From positions 1 through 62,020 of the forward strand of contig CAZILH010000002.1 in NCBI GenBank assembly GCA_964540095.1: 62,020 bases of DNA. Direction: 5' to 3'. This DNA comes from an uncultured Gammaproteobacteria bacterium (lineage in GTDB: Bacteria; Patescibacteriota; Patescibacteriia; UBA1558; GWA2-36-10). Of this stretch, positions 1-7,474 are shown in pieces; positions within the stretch are counted from its first letter, which is position 1, and each line of letters starts with the position of its first letter. A program made the position numbers and the translations under genes. Under the pieces are notes generated by a model. The model did not search any database and had not been told where the DNA came from. It saw nothing but the letters and a program-made list of their open reading frames with translations.

Positions 1-212
1 GTGGTAAATATTTCAGGACGATTTGGATCAACAAAAGTCACAAAAGTTGTTCCTACGGCATAATCACCAGTTGGTTTTGGTAAATTTACTATCGGAAACA
101 GAAACAAAATAAAACCGGAAATTATCAGATATAATAAACCAAGAATGGTCAAAATATATCGAGATACTTTAGATTTACGGGATTCTGGTTTATTTAAAAT
201 AAGTTTTTCCAA
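1..212 (-). CDS. N-terminal part of a membrane-anchored alpha/beta-hydrolase-like protein. The gene runs off the left edge. The start is uncertain, possibly TTG at 212.
   Basis: An open minus-strand frame reaches position 1 and is absent from the ORF track: ..SRYILTILGLLYLIISGFILFLFPIVNLPKPTGDYAVGTTFVTFVDPNRPEIFT. It shows a TM helix followed by a PTGxYxVGTT..vD..R motif that I associate with PAF-acetylhydrolase/lipase-type hydrolases. Confidence 0.35.
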   Translation of the reverse strand, partial: MEKLILNKPESRKSKVSRYILTILGLLYLIISGFILFLFPIVNLPKPTGDYAVGTTFVTFVDPNRPEIFT

Positions 213-545
213 ATTTGACTTGTCTGCATTGTCTTGGTCGGATATTTTTATTTTTTTAACCTTGATTATGTTTACTAGGATGATTGCCGACAAAATACTG
301 GTTAAAATATACAAAGGTATCATTTGCCATTGATATTTTGCAAAGATTAAATGAGCCAGTACCAAGAATAGTGCCAAGGCAGGCAAAAAATTTAACCAAT
401 ATGGTCTTTTTGTTTTGGAAAATAAAAATTGAGCCAAACTTATTAATAAGCTTAGTAATAATGACGCGAGAATTAAAGTTTTGAACATGAAGTTTAATTT
501 AATTTTTTATAGAGCTTAGTATATTGATTATAGCATTATTGAAAT

Positions 546-591
546 AAAAAAAACATCGCTTAGTTATTTTTTGGTAGAGCGATGTTTTTTT
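546..591. terminator. Bidirectional intrinsic terminator downstream of the helicase gene
   Basis: Stem aaacatcgct / agcgatgttt is flanked by an A-run on one side and a T-run on the other. Confidence 0.7.
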
Positions 592-596
592 ATTTG

Positions 597-1835
597 TTAA
601 TAGCGATTAAATTTTTTTGGTCGGCTTGGAAATGTTTTTGGACTGCGACCGCGATATTGTCCTTTGTTTGGAATTACTCTGGGCACAAAACGCACAGCGC
701 GTTTTGGTGGCAAAATGGGAAGAGCTATGATGGGGATAGTTTTTTTGATTAATCTTTCAATTTGTCTGATAGCCATTCTTTCATCTGGACCAGCAAAAGA
801 TATGGCCTTGCCGGCTTTGCCAGCGCGGCCAGTACGACCGATACGATGCACATAGTCATCTTTGTTGTCAGGCAGATCATAGTTGATGACTAGTGAAATA
901 TCTTTGACATCAATACCGCGAGCGGCAATGTCAGTGGCTACCAAGATACGAAATTTGCCGGCCTTAAATCCAGCCATGGCCGCTTGTCTTTGAGGCAATG
1001 ATCTATTGGAATGAATTTCAATGGCCGAGTGCCCCATGTTTCTTATTAGGGTAGAGATTTTTGTAGCGCCGTGTTTAGTGCGAGAAAAAATCAAAACAGT
1101 ACCCTGGTTGTCAGTCAAGAGTTTGTCCAAAAGCTGGATGCGCACATCTTTGGGTGCGATAAATATTTCTTGTTCTATCTGGGCTAGAGTGGTGCCAGCC
1201 GGAGCCACTTCAATGCGCCAAGGCATTTTCATAAAATGAGCGGCCATTTCAGCAATAGCTTTGGGCATAGTAGCCGAAAACATCAAGGTCTGGCGTTCTT
1301 TGGGAGCCAGAGCTAATATTTGTCTGATCTGTGGCACAAAGCCAATATCAAACATTCTATCCGCTTCATCCAAAACAATCATTTTTACTCTTTCTAAGGA
1401 AAGATTTTTTTGTTGTAAGTGGTCAATCAGGCGTCCAGGAGTAGATACTAGGATGTGCGGATTGCGGCGTATAGCTTGCACCTGTTGATAAGAAGAAGCA
1501 CCACCAATAAGTACCACAGTACGTAGGCCAAATTTTTGGCCAACTTTGCGAAGCACTTCATCTACTTGTTGAGCTAATTCGCGGGTAGGTAGCAAAATCA
1601 AGCCCTGACCCTTGTTTTGAGCCAGTAATTGGATCATAGGTATGCCAAAGGCCAAAGTTTTTCCAGTGCCTGTTTGAGCAATGCCCACAATATCTTTGCC
1701 TTCCAAAGCCGCTGGTATACATTGGTGTTGGATGGGTGTAGGGGTGGTGAATTGCAGCTGGTTCAAGACCGCCAGCAATTCCGGAGTAATGCCTAATCCA
1801 TTAAAATTAGGCGCGATTTGTTTGTTGTTTGTCAT
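597..1835 (-). CDS. DEAD-box ATP-dependent RNA helicase
   Basis: Motifs seen: Q motif (TPTPIQ), AQTGTGKT, PTRELA, DEAD, SAT, HRIGRTGRAG. The start was moved to the internal ATG (MTNNKQ..) at 1835. Confidence 0.93.
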   Translation of the reverse strand: MTNNKQIAPNFNGLGITPELLAVLNQLQFTTPTPIQHQCIPAALEGKDIVGIAQTGTGKTLAFGIPMIQLLAQNKGQGLILLPTRELAQQVDEVLRKVGQKFGLRTVVLIGGASSYQQVQAIRRNPHILVSTPGRLIDHLQQKNLSLERVKMIVLDEADRMFDIGFVPQIRQILALAPKERQTLMFSATMPKAIAEMAAHFMKMPWRIEVAPAGTTLAQIEQEIFIAPKDVRIQLLDKLLTDNQGTVLIFSRTKHGATKISTLIRNMGHSAIEIHSNRSLPQRQAAMAGFKAGKFRILVATDIAARGIDVKDISLVINYDLPDNKDDYVHRIGRTGRAGKAGKAISFAGPDERMAIRQIERLIKKTIPIIALPILPPKRAVRFVPRVIPNKGQYRGRSPKTFPSRPKKFNRY

Positions 1836-1932
1836 AAAAAATATGTGACCCGAGTTTCTACTGGGCCACACTATGACACAAAAGATTCGAGTCGTAAGCT
1901 GTAAATACAGCTATACTTAATTAGAATAGATG

Positions 1933-1961
1933 AGTATAGCAGGAAAAAATGTTTTTGTCAA
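1933..1961 (-). promoter_or_regulatory. Sigma70-type promoter for the helicase gene
   Basis: The minus strand reads TTGACA-17 nt-TATACT. Its -35 is one arm of the 10-bp inverted repeat ttttgtcaag/cttgacaaaa. Confidence 0.6.
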
Positions 1962-1971
1962 GGAGCTGTAC

Positions 1972-2000
1972 TTGACAAAATTAGATAAATATGATATTAT
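1972..2000 (+). promoter_or_regulatory. Sigma70-type promoter for the high-GC cassette 1
   Basis: TTGACA-17 nt-TATTAT. The -35 is the other arm of the same palindrome, so the two promoters are back-to-back and divergent. Confidence 0.6.
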
Positions 2001-2051
2001 ATTATATTGCCACAATTACGTGGCATTGTACACAATGGAAAGCGAGGAATC

Positions 2052-2219
2052 ATGAATATGAAAAAGAAGGCCTCCATGCTGGCAAGTCTGGAAGAGCGAC
2101 GGGTCATCGTGGAATTGTGTCCACGACCCGATTGCTGGCACTATCGGGTGCTGCGACCCGAGCAGCTTCCGGCCTCTCTCAGGAAGGAGTTCCGTCGTCT
2201 GGGCGAGCTCAGGGTCTAG
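2052..2219 (+). CDS. Small hypothetical protein (55 aa), high-GC
   Basis: GAGG lies 5 nt upstream of the ATG. Product: MNMKKKASMLASLEERRVIVELCPRPDCWHYRVLRPEQLPASLRKEFRRLGELRV. No family recognised. Confidence 0.5.
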   Translation: MNMKKKASMLASLEERRVIVELCPRPDCWHYRVLRPEQLPASLRKEFRRLGELRV

Positions 2220-2249
2220 CGCCGTGTCCTATCATCAAAGGATGGAGGT

Positions 2250-2678
2250 GTGATTATGCCTGACTGCTCGTTTGGGATCGTTCCCTTTCGTGTGGATGCG
2301 GACGCGATCCGCTTCCTGCTCGTTTGGGAGACCTGGGGAGAAGGTCACTGGAACTTCCCCAAGGGTCATGCCGAAGATGGTGAGACCCCCATTCAGACAG
2401 CTCTTCGGGAGCTGAAGGAAGAGACGGGACTCACCCCCGAGACCGTGATCTCCACGGAGCCGCTGGTTCAGACCTATTCGTTTGATGACAAGGGTCGCAC
2501 GGTCCATCGTCGTCTGGAATACTTCGTGGCTCTGATGGGTGACGACGAGGTGGATCTCCGGGTAGAGGAGGTCAGCAGGTTCCAGTGGATGACCCTTGAC
2601 GAGCTTCTCGTCGCGACGCCCTTCCCCGAACTTCGGGAAACGGCTCGCCAAGCACATCTCCTCGCGACAACACGATAA
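2250..2678 (+). CDS. Nudix hydrolase
   Basis: Nudix box GHAEDGETPIQTALRELKEETGL (Gx5Ex7REUxEExGU). Strong RBS: ggatGGAGGtgtgattATG. High-GC codon usage. Confidence 0.9.
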   Translation: MIMPDCSFGIVPFRVDADAIRFLLVWETWGEGHWNFPKGHAEDGETPIQTALRELKEETGLTPETVISTEPLVQTYSFDDKGRTVHRRLEYFVALMGDDEVDLRVEEVSRFQWMTLDELLVATPFPELRETARQAHLLATTR

Positions 2679-2703
2679 GTCTCTTCGGAGACAGGTCTTT
2701 CCA

Positions 2704-2736
2704 GAGCACCCGCCTATAAAGGGTGCTCATTTTTTT
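2704..2736 (+). terminator. Intrinsic terminator after the Nudix gene
   Basis: Stem gagcaccc / gggtgctc followed by a T-run. A second hairpin (acaagata/tatcttgt) follows. Confidence 0.7.
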
Positions 2737-2824
2737 ATACAAAAAAACAAGATAAAATATCTTGTCCTTTTGGCGGTTGCTGTGGGACGAAGTTAGAACT
2801 TTTTTAGATTATATAAAATAAAAT

Positions 2825-3082
2825 TTACCCTTGTTTTTGGACATCTTTATTATTAGAGTTTTCTGGCGTATCGGATATTTCAAGTAGCAGTTTTATGATA
2901 TCTTTTCTGTCTTTATCAGCCTCTTCTGCTAGAGCTATACGTTGGTTAATTTTAAAATACCAACATGATACTTCTCTCATAATAAAGAAAATTATGATCG
3001 GAAGTATTAATAAAATTATAAAAGTTAGCATTATTAATTCATTGCTATGTTCAGCAATATAATCATTAATAAAAAAATTCAT
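2825..3082 (-). CDS. Small single-pass membrane protein, hypothetical
   Basis: 85-aa ORF with one hydrophobic helix (LIMLTFIILLILPIIIFFI) and a charged tail. Confidence 0.5.
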   Translation of the reverse strand: MNFFINDYIAEHSNELIMLTFIILLILPIIIFFIMREVSCWYFKINQRIALAEEADKDRKDIIKLLLEISDTPENSNNKDVQKQG

Positions 3083-3297
3083 AAATTTATATTAATTGTT
3101 ATAATATTTAGTATTTATTTATTCGCTTCAAAAATATAACCATCTGGCTTGATTGGGAATTTGGTATTATCAATTGGATTTTTTATAATAGTTATTTTAG
3201 GGGACTCTGAGTTTATATTTTAAACAAAGTATATAAAGTATATTATATATTATATCATAAAATATCAAAAAACACCCATAATTAAATGTGTGTTTTT

Positions 3298-3371
3298 TGG
3301 CAGGGGAGGAAGGAATCGAACCCTCGCTAGAGGTTTTGGAGACCCCTGTACTACCACTATACTACTCCCCC
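3298..3371 (-). tRNA. tRNA-Trp (anticodon CCA), CCA encoded
   Basis: Cloverleaf folded by hand: acceptor GGGGGAG, anticodon stem GGGGT/ACCTC, loop CTCCAAA, T-loop TTCGATT. Confidence 0.85.
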
Positions 3372-3384
3372 TTAGAAGACCAAA

Positions 3385-3540
3385 TTATTTGGTCTCTTTG
3401 TGATGAGTGTGCTTTTTGCAATGACGGCAATATTTTTGCAATTCCAATTTTGCCTTGATGGTTTTTTTATTGCGGTTGCTATGATAGTTTATTTTATGGC
3501 AATCAGCGCACTCTAGTTTTATTAGGTTGTCTTGTGGCAT
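3385..3540 (-). CDS. rpmG: 50S ribosomal protein L33
   Basis: 51-aa ORF below the ORF-track cutoff: MPQDNLIKLECADCHKINYHSNRNKKTIKAKLELQKYCRHCKKHTHHKETK. It has the typical L33 CxxC..CxxC and HKETK ending. Confidence 0.9.
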   Translation of the reverse strand: MPQDNLIKLECADCHKINYHSNRNKKTIKAKLELQKYCRHCKKHTHHKETK

Positions 3541-3583
3541 ATTGTTGTTATTTAATTAATTGTTCAATCGCTGCCGCGAAGGA

Positions 3584-3659
3584 TGGAGCCGGGAAGAGGA
3601 TTTGAACCCCCGACCTACGGTTTACAAAACCGTTGCTCTACCAGCTGAGCTATCCCGGC
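3584..3659 (-). tRNA. tRNA-Thr (anticodon TGT), CCA encoded
   Basis: GCCGGGATAGCTCAGCTGGTAGAGCAACGGTTTTGTAAACCGTAGGTCGGGGGTTCAAATCCTCTTCCCGGCTCCA. Canonical cloverleaf, anticodon loop TTTGTAA. Confidence 0.9.
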
Positions 3660-3694
3660 ACATGATATAAATTTTATAATAAAGAACTATTTAG

Positions 3695-3788
3695 GGTTTA
3701 TCGCCCACAGGGCGACCCCGCCAAAGGCGGTGGCAAAACCGTTGCTCCCTGCCTGCCGGCAGGCAGGTACCAGCTGAGCTATCCCGGC
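3695..3788 (-). pseudogene. Degenerate partial copy of tRNA-Thr (positions 1-41), interrupted by two GC-rich palindromic insertions
   Basis: Three segments match the neighbouring tRNA-Thr exactly: 21 nt, 14 nt and 6 nt. A 20-nt perfect palindrome (CCTGCCTGCCGGCAGGCAGG, 3748-3767) and a 33-nt double-hairpin insert (3701-3733) separate them. No T-arm is present. Confidence 0.75.
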
Positions 3789-3881
3789 AAAAGCTAAAAT
3801 AACGGATTAAATTATAAGATAAAATCAGTAAAAAGTCAACCGTAAAAGAAAGTGTGTTTTTATGCTATAATATAAACAATT

Positions 3882-4604
3882 ATGGCCTTTGAGGATTTAT
3901 TAAAAAATAAAGAAAGCCAAGCTAGCCCGAAGTCAAACACTGGTCTGGTTAATTTATCTTCAAGTTTGGCTGCCATCCACCACGATCATGTTTTGAAAAG
4001 AGAAGGACTCTTGCAGTCCATGATGATCAGCCAAGGCGAGTGCGATTATTTAACTTTGCAGATTAGAGCTGGAAAAATGGACCTGCTCAGTAGTTTGTTG
4101 AATAAAAAAAGCGAGTTATTGGAAAAAAATATTATTTTTGCTGGTTTGACTGGCGTGCCTGATACTGGTGATTTGACGGCGGTCAATCGTCATAGTGATA
4201 AATTGACAAGATACCGCCTGGAGCTAGAAGCCATAAAGCAAGCCAAAAATAATCAAGGTCAATATATCCAAGAATTGTTAAATCAAATAAATCTTGGCGT
4301 AGATTTTGAAGGCAGTGTAGTAGATAATAGTGAAAATTATTTAACAGTAATTGCTGAAAAATTAAAGTTTGGCGGTATTATGGATCACGGCAAAGTAAGT
4401 CGTCTCTGTGGTTTTGCGGCTTCAGCTGCCAAAAACGGCGATCTACTGCTAGCGATAAAATCTTATTCCATAGCTGGCATGATTTTGAGTGTCAAAGATG
4501 ATTTAAAAAAAATTATAAAAAAAGCCAAGAAACAAAAAAATCCCCAAAGCCAAGAGGCCGAAGAATTGTTAAAAAATTTATTACCCAAAGTAAATAAAAA
4601 ATAA
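3882..4604 (+). CDS. Hypothetical protein (240 aa)
   Basis: Long ORF with host-like composition. No family recognised. Confidence 0.6.
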   Translation: MAFEDLLKNKESQASPKSNTGLVNLSSSLAAIHHDHVLKREGLLQSMMISQGECDYLTLQIRAGKMDLLSSLLNKKSELLEKNIIFAGLTGVPDTGDLTAVNRHSDKLTRYRLELEAIKQAKNNQGQYIQELLNQINLGVDFEGSVVDNSENYLTVIAEKLKFGGIMDHGKVSRLCGFAASAAKNGDLLLAIKSYSIAGMILSVKDDLKKIIKKAKKQKNPQSQEAEELLKNLLPKVNKK

Positions 4605-4614
4605 GGTAAACTTT

Positions 4615-5346
4615 ATGAATAAAAAAGTATTAAACAAAAATATCAACGATCTAAAAAACATTACAGAAAATATTTTGATAAATCCTTATTCTTTTAAAAG
4701 GCCAAAAGTCACTGGACCCTACACCAGTATTTATTTGATTCGACATTGTCATCCAGCTTATGAATTGCAAGAACAGCTTGGTGACTTGAAAATGCCCTTA
4801 TCCAGCATTGGCTTGCACCAGCGTGGTTTTTTGATTAAAAAATTATTGACTCTAGGTATAGACAAAATATACGTTAGTCAGTTTAGGCGTTCAAGAATGA
4901 CGGCTCAACCATTGGCCGAAGCTCTTAATCTGCGTCCGATTATTGATCGCCGTCTCAATGAAATCAATTGGGAAAATTGGTACAAGATTAAGTATTTCAA
5001 CATGAGCGATAAAACTAGAGTAAGGCGTATCAAAAATTATCGTCAAATGGAAAAAGGACTAGATAAAACTCAAGTTTTAGCCAGAAGATTGTTGGCTGAT
5101 ATTTATGAAAAAAATCAAAATAAAAAAATAGCTGTTTTTTGTCATGGTAATTTGATTCGCTCTATACTTACTGGCATTCTCAATGCTGATGTCATTGGTT
5201 TTTTGTCCATGGAAATATACCAATCATCTATATCAAAGCTGGTTATTGACGCTGACGGCTATGTCAAAATAAATTATATCAACAACATTGGGCATTTGCC
5301 GCATCGGCCTTATGAGGATTTATTTATGGCTTCTATAAACCAATAA
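4615..5346 (+). CDS. Histidine phosphatase (phosphoglycerate-mutase-like) family protein
   Basis: LIRHCHP (a variant of the RHG motif) and a downstream FCHGNLIRS motif. Confidence 0.65.
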   Translation: MNKKVLNKNINDLKNITENILINPYSFKRPKVTGPYTSIYLIRHCHPAYELQEQLGDLKMPLSSIGLHQRGFLIKKLLTLGIDKIYVSQFRRSRMTAQPLAEALNLRPIIDRRLNEINWENWYKIKYFNMSDKTRVRRIKNYRQMEKGLDKTQVLARRLLADIYEKNQNKKIAVFCHGNLIRSILTGILNADVIGFLSMEIYQSSISKLVIDADGYVKINYINNIGHLPHRPYEDLFMASINQ

Positions 5347-5362
5347 TTATTATATCAAAATT

Positions 5363-6301
5363 ATGTTGAAAAAAAATTTAGTTTTATTGCTTGTAGTTAT
5401 TTTGGTGGCAATTGGTTTTTATTTTCTTTTGCAGGATTCAAAAAAATCTCCAATCACTAAGTACATTAACAATTTTCAAGATTGTCTTAATGCTCGTTAC
5501 GCGATAATGGAGTCCTGGCCTCGTGCTTGCCGGACACCCGATGGACGAATTTTCAAGGAAGATATTGGCAATCAACTTGAAAAAACAGATTTGATTCAAG
5601 TCACTGAACCACAAGCCAATCAAGAAATATCTACGCCAGTCGTTATTAAAGGCCAAGCCAGAGGCACTTGGTTTTTTGAGGCCTCATTTCCAGTGGAAGT
5701 TTTGGATGACAGTCAGTTGGCCATCGGAACGGGCATTGCGCAGGCCAAAGCTGAATGGATGACTGAGGATTTTGTGCCCTTTGAAGCCACTATTGATTTT
5801 GCCCGTCCTTTGTCAAAGCAGGGATTTTTGGTTTTGAAGAAAGATAATCCATCAGGCAATGCTCAATATGATGATCAGCTGATTATACCAGTCAGTTTCA
5901 ACCAAGACACAATGTCAGTCAAAGTTTATTTTGCGACCAGCAAAACAGCCGGACAAGACGATTTTGATTGTAAATATTTGGAATCAGTCAACAAAGAAGT
6001 GCCAAAATCAACAGCCGTAGCCAGAGCAGCGCTGACTGCTTTGTTGGCTGGGCCTAGTGCTAGTGATAAAGCGAGTGGTTTTTATACAGCCATCAATTCC
6101 AATGTAAAAATAAATTCATTGGTCATTGATGACGGAGTGGCTAAGGTTGATTTTAATGAGCAAATACAATATCAGGTTGGCGGTTCTTGCAAGGTATCGA
6201 CAATTCGTGAGCAGATCAATCAAACGCTATTACAGTTTCCCACAGTAAAAAGTGTAATCATTTCCGTTAACGGAGATGTGGAACAAGCTTTGCAACCATA
6301 A
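5363..6301 (+). CDS. Secreted/anchored protein with Gmad2 Ig-like and GerMN-like domains
   Basis: N-terminal TM segment. PVVIKGQARGTWFFEASFPVEVLD looks Gmad2-like. ARAALTALLAGPS...INSLVIDDGVAKVDFNE looks GerMN-like. Confidence 0.55.
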   Translation: MLKKNLVLLLVVILVAIGFYFLLQDSKKSPITKYINNFQDCLNARYAIMESWPRACRTPDGRIFKEDIGNQLEKTDLIQVTEPQANQEISTPVVIKGQARGTWFFEASFPVEVLDDSQLAIGTGIAQAKAEWMTEDFVPFEATIDFARPLSKQGFLVLKKDNPSGNAQYDDQLIIPVSFNQDTMSVKVYFATSKTAGQDDFDCKYLESVNKEVPKSTAVARAALTALLAGPSASDKASGFYTAINSNVKINSLVIDDGVAKVDFNEQIQYQVGGSCKVSTIREQINQTLLQFPTVKSVIISVNGDVEQALQP

Positions 6302-6312
6302 TTAATTATTTA

Positions 6313-6445
6313 CCCCGTTAAATAAATTTAATTTTCAGGGGTATAAAAGTTAGTAAAAAGTTTATAATTTTTGGTTTAAATTTGTTAAATATTAATAATT
6401 AAATTTAAGATTTTAAATTAAAATTTAAAATCTTATTTAACGGGG
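6313..6445. repeat. About 130-bp AT-rich intergenic element, copy A, bounded by a 13-bp perfect inverted repeat
   Basis: The termini are CCCCGTTAAATAA (6313-6325) and TTATTTAACGGGG (6433-6445). There is an internal 14-bp palindrome (taagattttaaatt/aatttaaaatctta). A similar copy lies at 8579-8708. Confidence 0.7.
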
Positions 6446-6450
6446 TGAAT

Positions 6451-6711
6451 ATGCCAACGAAAAAAAAGAAAAAAAATAGCAAAACAGAGGAGTATAGGGT
6501 ATCTGGCGATCAGATTGTAAAAAAAGTAAAACAACTGATCAAAGAGGGAAATGCTCGGCGTATTATTATAAAAAATGAGCATGACGAAATTGTTATGGAA
6601 ATACCACTGACCATTGGCGCGGTAGGTGCCATATTTGCGCCAGTATTGGCAGCTGTTGGCGCTTTGGCGGCCCTGATGACCAATTGCACCATAGTAGTGG
6701 AAAAGAAATAA
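6451..6711 (+). CDS. DUF4342-like small protein
   Basis: EEYRVSGDQIVKKVKQLIKEGNARRIIIKNEHDEIVMEIPLTIGAVGAI.. The ATG at 6451 is preferred over the GTG at 6445. Confidence 0.65.
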   Translation: MPTKKKKKNSKTEEYRVSGDQIVKKVKQLIKEGNARRIIIKNEHDEIVMEIPLTIGAVGAIFAPVLAAVGALAALMTNCTIVVEKK

Positions 6712-6730
6712 ATAATTTTTTATCAAAAGG

Positions 6731-6798
6731 AAAACCGCCAAGCAGTGTACGACTCATTGTTAAGTCTTGTTGCTGTACACCGCTTGGCGGCTTTTTTT
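6731..6798. terminator. Long bidirectional terminator hairpin
   Basis: Stem ccgccaagcagtgtac / gtacaccgcttggcgg, with an A-run upstream and a T-run downstream. It sits between convergent genes. Confidence 0.7.
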
Positions 6799-6821
6799 AC
6801 CCCACCCGAACTCGAGAATGA

Positions 6822-7250
6822 CTAGGCCGAGGCGTTCTCCTCGGCAGGTCTGGCCTCGTCCGCTTCGGGCGAGGAGGGCACCATGCCATTGAGAATGCGC
6901 ATGGCCCGATCGTACTCTCCACGGCCTTGCAGGCGCTGCGGAGCCTCGCCCAGAGCGTCGATCGCCCTGAATATGAGCTCCAGAGCGTTGGCGGCCGCGG
7001 CATCATCACGACGTGCCAGGATGTTGACACAGGTCAACATACCGTTCTCGCGGAAAGCGATGGTGTTCATCATGTCCGGCTTTTCGAGCCAGCGACGATG
7101 GATGCCGTGGACGATGGTCACCACCTGTTCGGGGTTGGTCGGAACATCGGTCGTACCCAGCGCCTGGAAAAAGCGCCGGGTGGTCTTGCTGACGACATCG
7201 CGGTCGCCGGCAACGCGAGCACTGGCCTGAGAATTGGCGGGTTTCGACAT
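6822..7250 (-). CDS. Hypothetical protein (142 aa), high-GC orphan
   Basis: This is the most protein-like of five overlapping ORFs in the GC-rich block. RBS ggaaaggttctagtcATG. No family recognised. Confidence 0.5.
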   Translation of the reverse strand: MSKPANSQASARVAGDRDVVSKTTRRFFQALGTTDVPTNPEQVVTIVHGIHRRWLEKPDMMNTIAFRENGMLTCVNILARRDDAAAANALELIFRAIDALGEAPQRLQGRGEYDRAMRILNGMVPSSPEADEARPAEENASA

Positions 7251-7393
7251 GACTAGAACCTTTCCGAATCCAAGTTGGCGGGTTCGTTTGGTCCATGGGG
7301 ACCAATTCCTCCATGAAAAAACGGAAATTCCTCCTTTCTCAAACCATCCTTTAAGGTTTTGGGGCGGGGGTTTTTGATGAACAATAAAGAAAT

Positions 7394-7422
7394 ATTATAT
7401 ATAATTATCGACAAAATGTCAA
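7394..7422 (-). promoter_or_regulatory. Consensus sigma70 promoter driving high-GC cassette 2
   Basis: The minus strand reads TTGACA-17 nt-TATAAT exactly. Confidence 0.6.
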
Positions 7423-7459
7423 TAGCTTACAAAAAATTACACTAAAGTCGAAAAAAATA

Positions 7460-7468
7460 TGGTATAAT
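7460..7468 (+). promoter_or_regulatory. Extended -10 box (TGgTATAAT) 6 nt before the ATG, suggesting a leaderless mRNA
   Basis: TGGTATAAT-aatgtt-ATG. The same geometry occurs at 11515-11532 and 12223-12240. Confidence 0.5.
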
Positions 7469-7474
7469 AATGTT

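Noticed and set aside
145-484. Plus-strand ORFs 145-333 and 284-484
   Set aside because: Their translations are low-complexity and AT-rich. They overlap the better-supported minus-strand hydrolase-like N-terminus and terminator region. They have no start context.
664-1488. Plus-strand ORFs antisense to the DEAD-box helicase
   Set aside because: They lie entirely inside a strongly supported gene on the other strand.
2825-3082. SecE, from its position after tRNA-Trp and rpmG
   Set aside because: The sequence does not resemble SecE. The TM segment is near the N-terminus and there is no conserved SecE C-terminal TM/hinge pattern. No nusG follows.
6797-7314. Four extra overlapping ORFs (6797-7030 -, 6883-7230 +, 6927-7256 +, 7006-7314 -) in the GC-rich block
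   Set aside because: High GC removes stop codons, so long ORFs appear in many frames. Their products are Arg/Pro/Ser-rich and of low complexity. Only 6822-7250 (-) has a start context and a protein-like composition. The frame choice still needs checking.
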